Below, one piece after another: positions 17,655 through 26,883 of a stretch of DNA of 64,000 nt. The position numbers and the translations under genes were made by a program. The stretch spans positions 8,158 through 72,157 of the forward strand of contig DVJF01000069.1 in NCBI GenBank assembly GCA_018716965.1. The letters are read 5' to 3'. This DNA comes from Candidatus Caccenecus avistercoris. Its GTDB lineage: Bacteria; Bacillota_I; Bacilli_A; RF39; UBA660. The notes under the pieces are model-generated. The model saw nothing but the letters and a program-made list of their open reading frames with translations, ran no database searches and had not been told where the DNA came from. The first letter of the stretch is position 1, and each line of letters starts with the position of its first letter.

Positions 17655-19754
17655 ATGAAAACATTATTAAACAAATTAAAAAAAACTAATAAAATATTTT
17701 TAATTATTTGCTTTATAGCATTCATCTTATATTTAATTAGTTATATTTTATTAATAAAAAATTTAATGAGCCTATCCGGTATTGAAACTGCGATTAGAGT
17801 AATAGCAATAGTTATTTTTGGTATTTGGTTACTAGCGTATTTCCTGTGGAATTTAATTAATTTAATATTAAAGAAACATATTACAATAGCAATAACAACA
17901 GCTATTACCATTATTTTAGCTATCATCTTTAGTTTTGCTAACTACTATATTAGTATGGTATATACTAGTATATCAAATATAGGCGAAAAAGAATATATCA
18001 CTTATACCACAAATTTAGTTGTATTAAATGGCACAGAAATTAATGAAGACAGCATATTAGGTATGATTAATAACAGTGATGATATTGAAGGAAATAAATT
18101 AGCCAAGGAATTAATTGAAAAAGAAGAATTAACAAAAAATGAAATTATAGAATATTCCAGCTATTATGAAATGATTTCTGATTTATTAAATAAAGAAGTA
18201 GATGGTATTTTCCTATCAAGTAATTATTTAACAATTTTTGGCGGAGATTTTGAAGGATTAGAAAACACTTCCGTTGCTTATTCTTACAGCAAAGAAATGG
18301 AAAATCAAGATACAACCCTAACTAGTAATAAAAAACTAGACGAACCATTTACCCTTCTTTTAATGGGAGTAGATAGTGAAACAGATGGTCTAAATGCTAA
18401 TGCTTCTTTTAATGGTGACACTCTAATGTTAATTACATTCAATCCTCATACTTTAAATGCCACTATGTTTTCTATTCCAAGAGACACCTATGTTCCTATC
18501 GCTTGTAATAATAACCGACATGCTAAAATAAATTCTAGTGCTGCTTATGGAACTAGCTGTGTTATCGACACCGTCGAACAACTAACCGATATAACAATTG
18601 ATTACTATGTCAAAATAAACTTTAAAGGTGTCGTAGATTTAGTAGACGCTCTAGGGGGTATCGAAGTAGATATTGAAGCTCCTGACTTTAATTATAATCA
18701 TGGGGTAAACTGTGGTGGAAAATTCTGTGAACAAAACAGTGATCGCAATACAAGTGCAAGTGGCATGATTTATCTAGACCCCGGATTACAAACAATTAAT
18801 GGAGAAGCGGCTTTAGCCTATGCTAGATGCAGACACTTATATTTACAAAGTGATATTGACCGTAATAGACACCAACAACAAGTAGTAGAAGCTATTGCTA
18901 AAAAAGCATCAAGTATGGAAAACTTAACAAATTTAGAAGATATATTAAATTCTATTACTAAAAATATTACAACAAACATGTCAACAGAACAAATATTATC
19001 TTTCTATGATGTTTTAAAATCAATGATTAGTAACTCATTAAGTGAAGGATCATTCTTAACTATTGAAAAAACATATTTAGAATATTATAGTCTTCCTGTA
19101 AGATTAAGCAACAATGGTGGCTTTACATCAGCTATTGGATATTATCCAGACTCTCTAGCAGCCATCACAAAATTAATGAAAGAAAATTTAGAGATAGAAC
19201 CACATGAAATGGTTAAAACATTTGACTTTAACGCTAATGAAGAATACACTAGCAAAGTAACAGGTGAAGGTATAACTACTGGTGGCAGACTAGAAACTAT
19301 GCCAACATTCATTGGAGCAAGTGTTAGTGAAGTAGAAGCTTGGGCTAATAGTCATAACATAACATTATATACCGAATTTGTAAATGAAACAGATGCTAAT
19401 TATAATGCTAGTATTGCTCCAGGCTTAGTAGCAAATCAAAGCATAGCAAATGGCATTTTGCTAAACAATGTAAGCAGTCTAACGATTTATATTAATAATG
19501 CTAGCACTACAATAGAAGAACCTACTACTCCACCAAAAGATGAAAATAACACTGATAAAAATAATACTAATCCAACAAATCCCAATGACAAAAATGAAAA
19601 TGAAGAACAAGATAATGAAACTAACGAACCAGATGATCCATTAGATGTAATTTTACCATCTGATAAACCAGAAAATAACTCTGGAAGTTCTTCAGAATCA
19701 AGTGAATCAAACAATTCCAATAACAACACTACAAACGAAAATCAGTCTCATTAA
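17655..19754 (+). CDS. LCP (LytR-CpsA-Psr) family cell-wall polymer transferase with N-terminal TM helices, PASTA-like domain and low-complexity tail
   Basis: FTLLLMGVDSE...GDTLMLITFNP...SIPRDTYV...INSSAAYG...ALAYARCRH is the LCP core. Asn/Ser/Glu-rich C-terminus. Confidence 0.8.
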   Translation: MKTLLNKLKKTNKIFLIICFIAFILYLISYILLIKNLMSLSGIETAIRVIAIVIFGIWLLAYFLWNLINLILKKHITIAITTAITIILAIIFSFANYYISMVYTSISNIGEKEYITYTTNLVVLNGTEINEDSILGMINNSDDIEGNKLAKELIEKEELTKNEIIEYSSYYEMISDLLNKEVDGIFLSSNYLTIFGGDFEGLENTSVAYSYSKEMENQDTTLTSNKKLDEPFTLLLMGVDSETDGLNANASFNGDTLMLITFNPHTLNATMFSIPRDTYVPIACNNNRHAKINSSAAYGTSCVIDTVEQLTDITIDYYVKINFKGVVDLVDALGGIEVDIEAPDFNYNHGVNCGGKFCEQNSDRNTSASGMIYLDPGLQTINGEAALAYARCRHLYLQSDIDRNRHQQQVVEAIAKKASSMENLTNLEDILNSITKNITTNMSTEQILSFYDVLKSMISNSLSEGSFLTIEKTYLEYYSLPVRLSNNGGFTSAIGYYPDSLAAITKLMKENLEIEPHEMVKTFDFNANEEYTSKVTGEGITTGGRLETMPTFIGASVSEVEAWANSHNITLYTEFVNETDANYNASIAPGLVANQSIANGILLNNVSSLTIYINNASTTIEEPTTPPKDENNTDKNNTNPTNPNDKNENEEQDNETNEPDDPLDVILPSDKPENNSGSSSESSESNNSNNNTTNENQSH

Positions 19755-19772
19755 AGGCTGATTTTTTATGTG

Positions 19773-19803
19773 AAAAAAGAACCTATTTCTAGGCTCTATT
19801 TTT
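19773..19803. terminator. Bidirectional intrinsic terminator between the LCP gene and tuf
   Basis: AAAAAA-AGAACCTA-tttc-TAGGCTCT-ATTTTT (7/8 bp stem). Confidence 0.55.
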
Positions 19804-19804
19804 A

Positions 19805-20971
19805 TTATTCAATAATTTCTGATACTACACCAGCACCAACAGTACGTCCACCTTCACGGATAGAGAATTTAGTACCATTTTCAAGTGCAACTGGAGCGAT
19901 TAATTCAACAGTCATGTCAACATTATCGCCAGGCATAACCATTTCAACACCAGCTGGAAGTTCAATTACACCAGTAACATCTGTAGTTCTGAAATAGAAT
20001 TGTGGTCTGTAATTTGAGAAGAATGGAGTGTGTCTACCGCCTTCTTCTTTAGAAAGTACATACACACTAGCTTTGAACTTATGATGTGGAGTAACACTTC
20101 CTGGTTTAGCAAGAACTTGTCCACGTTCAACTTCATCACGAGCAATACCACGAAGTAGAACACCAGCGTTATCACCAGCTTGAGCAAAATCAAGTGATTT
20201 TCTAAACATTTCAATACCAGTAACAACAGTTTTCTTAGTTGGCTTTAATCCTACGATTTCAACTTCGTCGTTAAGATTTAATTTACCTCTTTCAACACGA
20301 CCAGTAACAACTGTACCACGTCCTGAAATTGTAAATACGTCTTCAATACTCATTAAGAATGGTTTTTCAGTATCACGAACTGGAGCATCGATATAAGAAT
20401 CACATGCAGCAATTAAATCACGAATACTTTGTGCAGCAGCTTCATCACCTTCTAAAGCTTTTAAAGCTGAACCACGAATAATAGGACATTCAGTATCAAA
20501 TCCATATTCTCCAAGTAATTCACGAATTTCCATTTCTACTAAATCTAGTAATTCTGGATCATCAACTTGGTCACATTTGTTCATATAAACAACAATTTTA
20601 GGAACACCAACTTGACGAGCTAAAAGAATATGTTCTCTTGTTTGAGGCATTGGTCCATCTGCAGCAGAAACTACAAGAATAGCACCATCCATTTGAGCAG
20701 CACCTGTGATCATGTTTTTAACATAGTCAGCATGTCCTGGACAGTCAACGTGAGCATAATGACGTTTTTCAGTTTCATACTCAACGTGAGCTGTATTAAT
20801 TGTAATACCTCTTTCCCTTTCTTCTGGAGCTTTATCGATATCAGCATAATCAACAAAGTTACCAAAATATTTTGTAATCGCAGCAGTTAAAGTTGTTTTA
20901 CCATGGTCAACGTGACCAATAGTACCAATATTAACATGCTCTTTTGAACGATCAAATTTTTCTCTTGCCAT
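19805..20971 (-). CDS. tuf: Elongation factor Tu
   Basis: [30 protein letters not shown] and a conserved C-terminal half; 388 aa. Confidence 0.97.
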   Translation of the reverse strand: MAREKFDRSKEHVNIGTIGHVDHGKTTLTAAITKYFGNFVDYADIDKAPEERERGITINTAHVEYETEKRHYAHVDCPGHADYVKNMITGAAQMDGAILVVSAADGPMPQTREHILLARQVGVPKIVVYMNKCDQVDDPELLDLVEMEIRELLGEYGFDTECPIIRGSALKALEGDEAAAQSIRDLIAACDSYIDAPVRDTEKPFLMSIEDVFTISGRGTVVTGRVERGKLNLNDEVEIVGLKPTKKTVVTGIEMFRKSLDFAQAGDNAGVLLRGIARDEVERGQVLAKPGSVTPHHKFKASVYVLSKEEGGRHTPFFSNYRPQFYFRTTDVTGVIELPAGVEMVMPGDNVDMTVELIAPVALENGTKFSIREGGRTVGAGVVSEIIE

Positions 20972-21000
20972 AATTTTTCTCCTTTCATATTTACTATTAT

Positions 21001-21029
21001 ATTTTATCTAATGCTTGAATATTTTTCAA
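21001..21029 (-). promoter_or_regulatory. Possible internal promoter for tuf (TTGAAA, 17-nt spacer, TAAAAT)
   Basis: Minus strand TTGAAAaatattcaagcattagaTAAAAT in the fusA-tuf spacer. Confidence 0.3.
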
Positions 21030-21057
21030 GTATTATTCGAAATTTTATGTGTTAAAT

Positions 21058-23130
21058 TTAGTTAACACTGTTCTTCTTTATAATTTCCTCAGCAATAGAC
21101 TTTGGAACTTCTTCATAATGATCAAGTGTCATAGTAAAATTACCACGTCCTTGCGTATTACTACGTAAACTTGTAGCATAACCAAACATTTCTGCTAAAG
21201 GAACCATTGCTTTAATAGATAAAGCATTTCCACGAGACTCTTGACCCATTGGTTTACCACGACGGCTTGTTAAGTCTCCCATAACATTACCCATATATTC
21301 ATCTGGAACAATTACTTCAACACTCATAATTGGTTCAAGAAGTACTGGATTACATTTATTCTTAGCTTCTTTTAAAGCCATAGAAGCAGCAATCTTAAAT
21401 GCCATTTCTGATGAGTCTACATCGTGGTATGATCCATCAAATAATGTAGCTTTAACATCTACCATTGGATAACCTGCAAGGATACCACCAGCCATAGCTT
21501 CTTGTAATCCTTTATCAGTTACTGGAATATATTCACGAGGAACTACACCACCAACGATAGCATCCACAAATTCATAACCTTTTTCTGGATTTGGTTCAAA
21601 CTTAACCCAAACATGTCCATATTGTCCACGTCCACCAGATTGTTTAATATACTTACCTTCACATTCAGCAGCTTTCTTAATTGTTTCACGATAAGCAACT
21701 TGTGGTTTACCACTATTACACTCAACATTAAATTCTCTTTTTAAACGATCAATAATAATATCTAAGTGTAATTCACCCATACCAGAAAGGACAGTTTGAC
21801 CAGTTTCATGATCAGTTTTAACTCTAAGTGTTGGATCTTCTTCAACAAGCTTTTGTAAAGCTAAAGCCATCTTATCTTGGTCACCTTTACTCTTTGGTTC
21901 AATCGCAATATCAATAACTGGATCTGGGAATTCCATACCTTTCATGATACATGGATTTTTCTCATCACAAAGTGTATCAGCAGTAGTAGTATTCTTAAGT
22001 CCTACAGCAGCAGCAATTTCACCTGTGTAAACCTCAGTAATTTCTTTTCTTTGGTTTGCATGCATTTGTAAGATACGACCAATTCTTTCTTTCTCACCCT
22101 TAGTTGAATTAAGAACATAAGAACCACTCTTTAAAACACCAGAGTATACACGGAAGAAAGAAAGTCTTCCAACATACGGATCAGTCATAATCTTAAATGC
22201 TAAAGCCGTAAATGGTTCATTATCACTTGGATGACGTTTAACATCATTACCATTCATATCTATACAATCAATTGCTTCTACATCAAGTGGACTTGGTAGG
22301 TAATCAATAACAGCATCTAGGGCAAATTTAACACCCATATTTGATAGAGCAGAACCACACATAACTGGGAAGAATTCTGCAGCTAAACATCCTTTACGAA
22401 TAGCTTTCTTAATATCTTCAACAGCTAGTTCAGCACCATCTAAATAAGCCATCATGAGGTCATCATCAAATTCCACAGCAGTCTCAATTAATTCTGCTCT
22501 TTTTTCTTCAATTAAATCTTTTAAATCATCTGGAATTTCAATTTCTGTATAATTTTCATGTTCATTTCCATCAAAATGATATGCTTTTCTATTTAAAATA
22601 TCAATAATACCATTGAATTCTGATTCAGCACCAATAGGCCATGCAATAGCTTTAGCTTTAGCACCTAATCTCTTATCAATCGTATCCATACTATAAACGA
22701 AATCAGCTCCCATTTTATCCATCTTATTAACGAATATCATTCTTGGAACTTTATATTCGTTTGCTTGTCTCCAAACAGTTTCTGTTTGAGGTTCAACACC
22801 AGCTTGAGCATCAAGTAGAGCAATAGCTCCATCTAATACTCTTAAAGATCTTTGAACTTCAATTGTAAAGTCTACGTGACCTGGGGTATCTATAATATTA
22901 TAGCGATATCCTTTCCAGTGAGCAGTAGTTGCTGCACTAGTAATAGTAATACCTCTTTCTTTTTCTTGATCCATCCAGTCCATTTGAGACTCACCATCAT
23001 GAGTTTCTCCAATTTTATGAGTAATACCTGTATGGAATAATACTCTTTCTGTAAATGTTGTTTTACCGGCATCAATGTGCGCCATGATACCAATATTTCT
23101 TATTTTATCAATTGAAACATCTCTTGCCAT
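21058..23130 (-). CDS. fusA: Elongation factor G
   Basis: [37 protein letters not shown] and a full five-domain length. Start set at the Met matching canonical EF-G N-termini, 5 nt after the rpsG stop. Confidence 0.95.
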   Translation of the reverse strand: MARDVSIDKIRNIGIMAHIDAGKTTFTERVLFHTGITHKIGETHDGESQMDWMDQEKERGITITSAATTAHWKGYRYNIIDTPGHVDFTIEVQRSLRVLDGAIALLDAQAGVEPQTETVWRQANEYKVPRMIFVNKMDKMGADFVYSMDTIDKRLGAKAKAIAWPIGAESEFNGIIDILNRKAYHFDGNEHENYTEIEIPDDLKDLIEEKRAELIETAVEFDDDLMMAYLDGAELAVEDIKKAIRKGCLAAEFFPVMCGSALSNMGVKFALDAVIDYLPSPLDVEAIDCIDMNGNDVKRHPSDNEPFTALAFKIMTDPYVGRLSFFRVYSGVLKSGSYVLNSTKGEKERIGRILQMHANQRKEITEVYTGEIAAAVGLKNTTTADTLCDEKNPCIMKGMEFPDPVIDIAIEPKSKGDQDKMALALQKLVEEDPTLRVKTDHETGQTVLSGMGELHLDIIIDRLKREFNVECNSGKPQVAYRETIKKAAECEGKYIKQSGGRGQYGHVWVKFEPNPEKGYEFVDAIVGGVVPREYIPVTDKGLQEAMAGGILAGYPMVDVKATLFDGSYHDVDSSEMAFKIAASMALKEAKNKCNPVLLEPIMSVEVIVPDEYMGNVMGDLTSRRGKPMGQESRGNALSIKAMVPLAEMFGYATSLRSNTQGRGNFTMTLDHYEEVPKSIAEEIIKKNSVN

Positions 23131-23135
23131 ATCGA

Positions 23136-23603
23136 CTACCATCTATAATGAGCAAATGCTTTATTTGCTTCTGCCATTTTATGAGTATCTTCTCTTCTTT
23201 TTACTGCGCCACCAACTCCATTAGCAGCATCAATAAGTTCGTTAGCTAGATTAATGGCCATTCCCTTTCCATTTCTTGTTTTTGCATAATTTACGATCCA
23301 ACGGAATGCTAAAGTCTTCTTACGAGCCTCACTAACTTCAACTGGTACTTGATAGTTAGATCCACCAACTCTTCTTGACTTAACTTCTAAAGCTGGTTCT
23401 ACGTTTTCTAAGGCTTGATTAAAGATTTCCATTGCATCTTTACCAGTACGCTCTTTTATGATATCAAATGCTTCATAAACAATTGATTCAGCAGTACCTT
23501 TTTTACCATCTTTCATAACTGTATTAACTAGTTTTGTAACTAATTTAGAGTTATAAATAGAATCTGGTAAAACATCTCTTTTTATTGCACGTCTTTTACG
23601 CAT
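23136..23603 (-). CDS. rpsG: 30S ribosomal protein S7
   Basis: 155 aa, [19 protein letters not shown]...[18 protein letters not shown]. Confidence 0.95.
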   Translation of the reverse strand: MRKRRAIKRDVLPDSIYNSKLVTKLVNTVMKDGKKGTAESIVYEAFDIIKERTGKDAMEIFNQALENVEPALEVKSRRVGGSNYQVPVEVSEARKKTLAFRWIVNYAKTRNGKGMAINLANELIDAANGVGGAVKRREDTHKMAEANKAFAHYRW

Positions 23604-23622
23604 CGTTATTCTCCTTTCTTAA

Positions 23623-24036
23623 TTAATTTTTTGGCTTCTTAGTACCATATTTGCTACGACCTTGTTTACGATTGTTAACTCCTTGAGTATCAAGTGTTCC
23701 ACGAATAATATGATAACGAACACCGATTAAGTCTTTAACACGTCCGCCTCTTACTAGGACAACACTATGTTCTTGTAAATTATGTCCCTCACCTGGAATA
23801 TAGCAATCTACTTCTTTACCATTAGATAGTCTTACACGAGCATATTTTCTTAAAGCTGAGTTAGGCTTCTTAGGTGTCTTAGTTCCAACACGAGTACATA
23901 CACCACGTTTTTGAGGTCCCTTAGCATCATTTTGTTTTCTTTCTAAAGCATTATAACCTACATTTAATACTGGTGATTTACTTTTTCTAGTTTTATCCTT
24001 TCTGTTTTTCTTAACAAGTTGATTAATCGTTGGCAT
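23623..24036 (-). CDS. rpsL: 30S ribosomal protein S12 (carries Ile where Pro is conserved in the KDLPGVRYH loop)
   Basis: [10 protein letters not shown]...[24 protein letters not shown]...[17 protein letters not shown]. Confidence 0.95.
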   Translation of the reverse strand: MPTINQLVKKNRKDKTRKSKSPVLNVGYNALERKQNDAKGPQKRGVCTRVGTKTPKKPNSALRKYARVRLSNGKEVDCYIPGEGHNLQEHSVVLVRGGRVKDLIGVRYHIIRGTLDTQGVNNRKQGRSKYGTKKPKN

Positions 24037-24133
24037 GTATATCCTCCCTCCTAATTAACACACATCCTGGTGTATCAGAATTTCTATTAAATTTAGCTCT
24101 ACCTAGGTAGAACCAATTCAAAATGCAGTACTA

Positions 24134-25036
24134 CTATAACATTATATTATATGAATTGTCAAGCATTTTTTTACATGAAAAACTATAATTTTTCGGATAA
24201 CTAACAGAACTACCACCATCTATTTTCTTTAACTCTTCTTTCTTAAGCTCCTTTAAGGATTTTTCAGGAGTTGGAAGCTTCTCAGGAACAGTACCACCTG
24301 CCTCAATAATGGCGCATCTTACAATACTACCTACTTCAAAGTGAGCATAATTAGCATTTGCCTCCCCTTGAATATTCTCGTTTTTTAGTTTTTGACTAGC
24401 AAGAGAAATACGAAATTCATTAGCAGCTAATTCATCGCTTCCCATATTATCTAAGATATCTTCACGATATCTAAGTCCTTTTCTTTTTGCTAAATCACCA
24501 GCAGTCTCTCCATTATATAGTCCCTTATAACCAGCATTATGAAATTTATCAAAATTCTTAACTCCAGCATCCCTTGCAGCCTTATTAAGAGCCAAATTCT
24601 TTCTTCTTATTTTTTCTCTTTTATAAAATCTCTTTTCTGTTTCTGTTAAATCTTCATAATTTTTAGATAATATCTCTTGTTTTCTTGTTTGAATAGCAAA
24701 ATAAGTTTGACCTAAAGCAACTTCCTTTTTCCGAGAATCGGCATTTTGAACAATTAAATAACAAGCATAACGTGATAGTTTATAATCATTTACTTTTCTC
24801 TTGCTTCCCGAACCGAGTCCTACCATTTTGGCGGAGCCGACAAAATGGTCTATTACCTTATTAGAAGAGCCCTCACAAGCCATCTTTGCCTTTTCAATTA
24901 CGCCTTCGAATTTACGCCATTCTGTATATTTAAGTGCTTTTGCAAGTTCTCTAGCATACCAAAACTCCCTTCCTTCTTCATCAACATGTCTAATTTCCTC
25001 AAACATTCTTTCTTGATATTGTTCTAATTCATTCAT
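24134..25036 (-). CDS. dinD: DNA damage-inducible protein D (DinD)-like
   Basis: The N-terminal 120 aa align by eye with E. coli DinD (FEEIRH...WYARELAKALKY..W.KF..VIEKAK.ACE......DHF....KMV.LGS...R...DYKLSRYACYLIVQNAD......ALGQTYFAIQTRKQE). Confidence 0.7.
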   Translation of the reverse strand: MNELEQYQERMFEEIRHVDEEGREFWYARELAKALKYTEWRKFEGVIEKAKMACEGSSNKVIDHFVGSAKMVGLGSGSKRKVNDYKLSRYACYLIVQNADSRKKEVALGQTYFAIQTRKQEILSKNYEDLTETEKRFYKREKIRRKNLALNKAARDAGVKNFDKFHNAGYKGLYNGETAGDLAKRKGLRYREDILDNMGSDELAANEFRISLASQKLKNENIQGEANANYAHFEVGSIVRCAIIEAGGTVPEKLPTPEKSLKELKKEELKKIDGGSSVSYPKNYSFSCKKMLDNSYNIML

Positions 25037-25075
25037 TTTTCAATTCCTCCCCTGAATAATTATTTCCATATCAAA

Positions 25076-25105
25076 ATTATAACAAATGTTCGTTTTAAGT
25101 GTCAA
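25076..25105 (-). promoter_or_regulatory. dinD promoter (TTGACA, 18-nt spacer, TATAAT) with an embedded Cheo/LexA-like box
   Basis: Minus strand TTGACActtaaaaCGAACATTTGTTATAAT. The box CGAACATTTGTTAT (25079-25092) has one perfect CGAAC half-site. Confidence 0.5.
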
Positions 25106-25121
25106 GAAAAAAGTATAGTTT

Positions 25122-26794
25122 CAGCCAAAAAGAGTAAATTTTCTTCGCAAAGATTTTTTGATATAATAAGTACATACTAAAGGTGGTATGTAGTGTGATT
25201 GAACAAGAAATTAAAGAAAGTCAAAACCTTCCAAGAAGTCAAAGAAGAAAAAAAAGAAAGAAAGTTACAAAAAAAATATAAAGATAAAACGATAAGAATT
25301 AAATATGGAAAAACATTTAAAAAAAGTGAAGGATTATCTCGTAAGCAAAAACGCGAAATTATGAAAGACAAAGATTTCCTTAAAGAATTATTAAAAATCA
25401 TCAAAAAATATTTTCCACAACTAACAAGTATGTTTTCTTCTTTAACTGATAAACGACATAAAAGTTATATTACTTATAAAATGAGAACCATAATTATGAC
25501 TAGGCTTTTAGCCTTATTATGCGGTATTACAACTATGACTGAAATAAATAATGAATTTGATAGTGAACAAGCCATTGCTAATTTATCAAAAATTTGTAAT
25601 CAAGATTTAAAAGAAATTCCAGATTGGCAAACTATTCAAGATATAATTGAACAACTTGATTATAATGAGATAGACAATATTAGAAAATATATGTTTAAAG
25701 CGCTTATTCGTAGTAAAATGTTTGATAAATTTCGATATGATGGCTATATTCAATTAATTGTTGATGCTACCGATCTTACTGCTTTAGACTATAATCTAAA
25801 CGGAAATTGTTTAACCAGAACTAGGGATGGTAAAATCAAATATTATAAATATGTTTTAGAAGCAAAAGTAGTCTTTTTTAATATGGTAATTAGTATTGAT
25901 TCTGAGTGGATAGAAAACACTAATTCAAATACGGAAAAAGAAAAGCAAGATTGCGAAGTAAAAGCTTTTAAAAGAATGGCTCCTAGAATTAAAAGTAATT
26001 ATCCAAAACTCAAATTCATTATTACTGGTGATGCTTTGTATGCTACTAATCCCATGATGGATATTTGTGATAATTATAATTGGAAATATATTTTTAACTT
26101 AAAACCTGATAGACTGAAAGAAGTGGCATCTCAATTTGAGGGAAATATCAAATTAGAAAATGAAACAATTTTATCAAATTATTATCTATCTACCAATATT
26201 TATCACAAAAAGCATTGCCTTAATGCTATTAAATACGAAGAACTACAAAATAACAAACTTGTTTCTTTTCGTTATGTAACTAATTTAAATATTAATAATG
26301 ATAACATAAAAGATATAGTCTCTATGGGCAGACGTCGCTGGAAGATTGAAAATGAAGGCTTTAATGAGCAAAAAAATGGAACTTTTAATATAAGTCACTT
26401 ATGTAGTCGTTTTGATAATGCATTAAAAATTCATTATCTTTTTATTCAAATAGCACACACAATTAGACAATTATTAGAATTGGGTTCTCTTGTTTATAAA
26501 GAAGTCAAAAAATTTGTGACAAAAAAAGAAATAAGCCAAAAATTGATCAACACACTTATTTCTTCATCAATCACAAATCTAGAACTTGAAACAAACTTTC
26601 AGTTAAGATTTGATGATTAAATTATAACAAATTTTTTGTTCTTTGAAAACTAGTGTTGATCATATTTTTTCAATTTCTTTACAGAAATCTTTTTTGTCAT
26701 GTCTTAATTTATGCGAAAAAAAACTTTATAGTTCTTTTTAATCTGTTTTCCTATAAAGTTTTTTTATTTTAAATTAATATACTCTTTTTTACTG
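25122..26794 (+). mobile_element. IS4-superfamily insertion sequence (boundaries tentative)
   Basis: A single DDE transposase ORF flanked by imperfect inverted repeats CAGCCAAAAAGAGTAAATT (25122-25140) and the reverse complement of 26776-26794, CAGTAAAAAAGAGTATATT (16/19). No clean target-site duplication seen. Confidence 0.45.
25199..26620 (+). CDS. IS4-family DDE transposase
   Basis: RRRWKIENEGFNEQKN (the Y/R-x-x-R-x-x-x-E...K signature region), acidic residues in LIVDATDL and IITGDALYA. TTG start 11 nt after AGGTGG. Confidence 0.8.
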   Translation: MNKKLKKVKTFQEVKEEKKERKLQKKYKDKTIRIKYGKTFKKSEGLSRKQKREIMKDKDFLKELLKIIKKYFPQLTSMFSSLTDKRHKSYITYKMRTIIMTRLLALLCGITTMTEINNEFDSEQAIANLSKICNQDLKEIPDWQTIQDIIEQLDYNEIDNIRKYMFKALIRSKMFDKFRYDGYIQLIVDATDLTALDYNLNGNCLTRTRDGKIKYYKYVLEAKVVFFNMVISIDSEWIENTNSNTEKEKQDCEVKAFKRMAPRIKSNYPKLKFIITGDALYATNPMMDICDNYNWKYIFNLKPDRLKEVASQFEGNIKLENETILSNYYLSTNIYHKKHCLNAIKYEELQNNKLVSFRYVTNLNINNDNIKDIVSMGRRRWKIENEGFNEQKNGTFNISHLCSRFDNALKIHYLFIQIAHTIRQLLELGSLVYKEVKKFVTKKEISQKLINTLISSSITNLELETNFQLRFDD

Positions 26795-26823
26795 ACATTG
26801 CACAAAGAAAGGGCTATTTATGT

Positions 26824-26852
26824 TTGACTAACTCCCTCAAATTTCATATAAT
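26824..26852 (+). promoter_or_regulatory. Consensus sigma-A promoter of the ABC transporter gene (TTGACT, 17-nt spacer, TATAAT)
   Basis: TTGACTaactccctcaaatttcaTATAAT, 32 nt upstream of ATG 26884. Confidence 0.5.
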
Positions 26853-26883
26853 CTTAATGTATCTTTAAAAGAAAGGAATATTT

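Noticed and set aside
19770-20890. Three short ORFs (19770-19997 +, 19966-20226 -, 20630-20890 +) overlapping tuf
   Set aside because: They are alternative or antisense frames of EF-Tu. They have no SD and no plausible products, while the tuf frame is unambiguous.
24098-24111. 14-nt perfect palindrome TCTACCTAGGTAGA between dinD and rpsL
   Set aside because: It is too short and too loop-poor to be a convincing terminator: it gives a 5-bp stem with a CTAG loop and no U-tract. There is no second copy and no adjacent promoter element. It is noted as a possible protein site but there is not enough evidence to call it.
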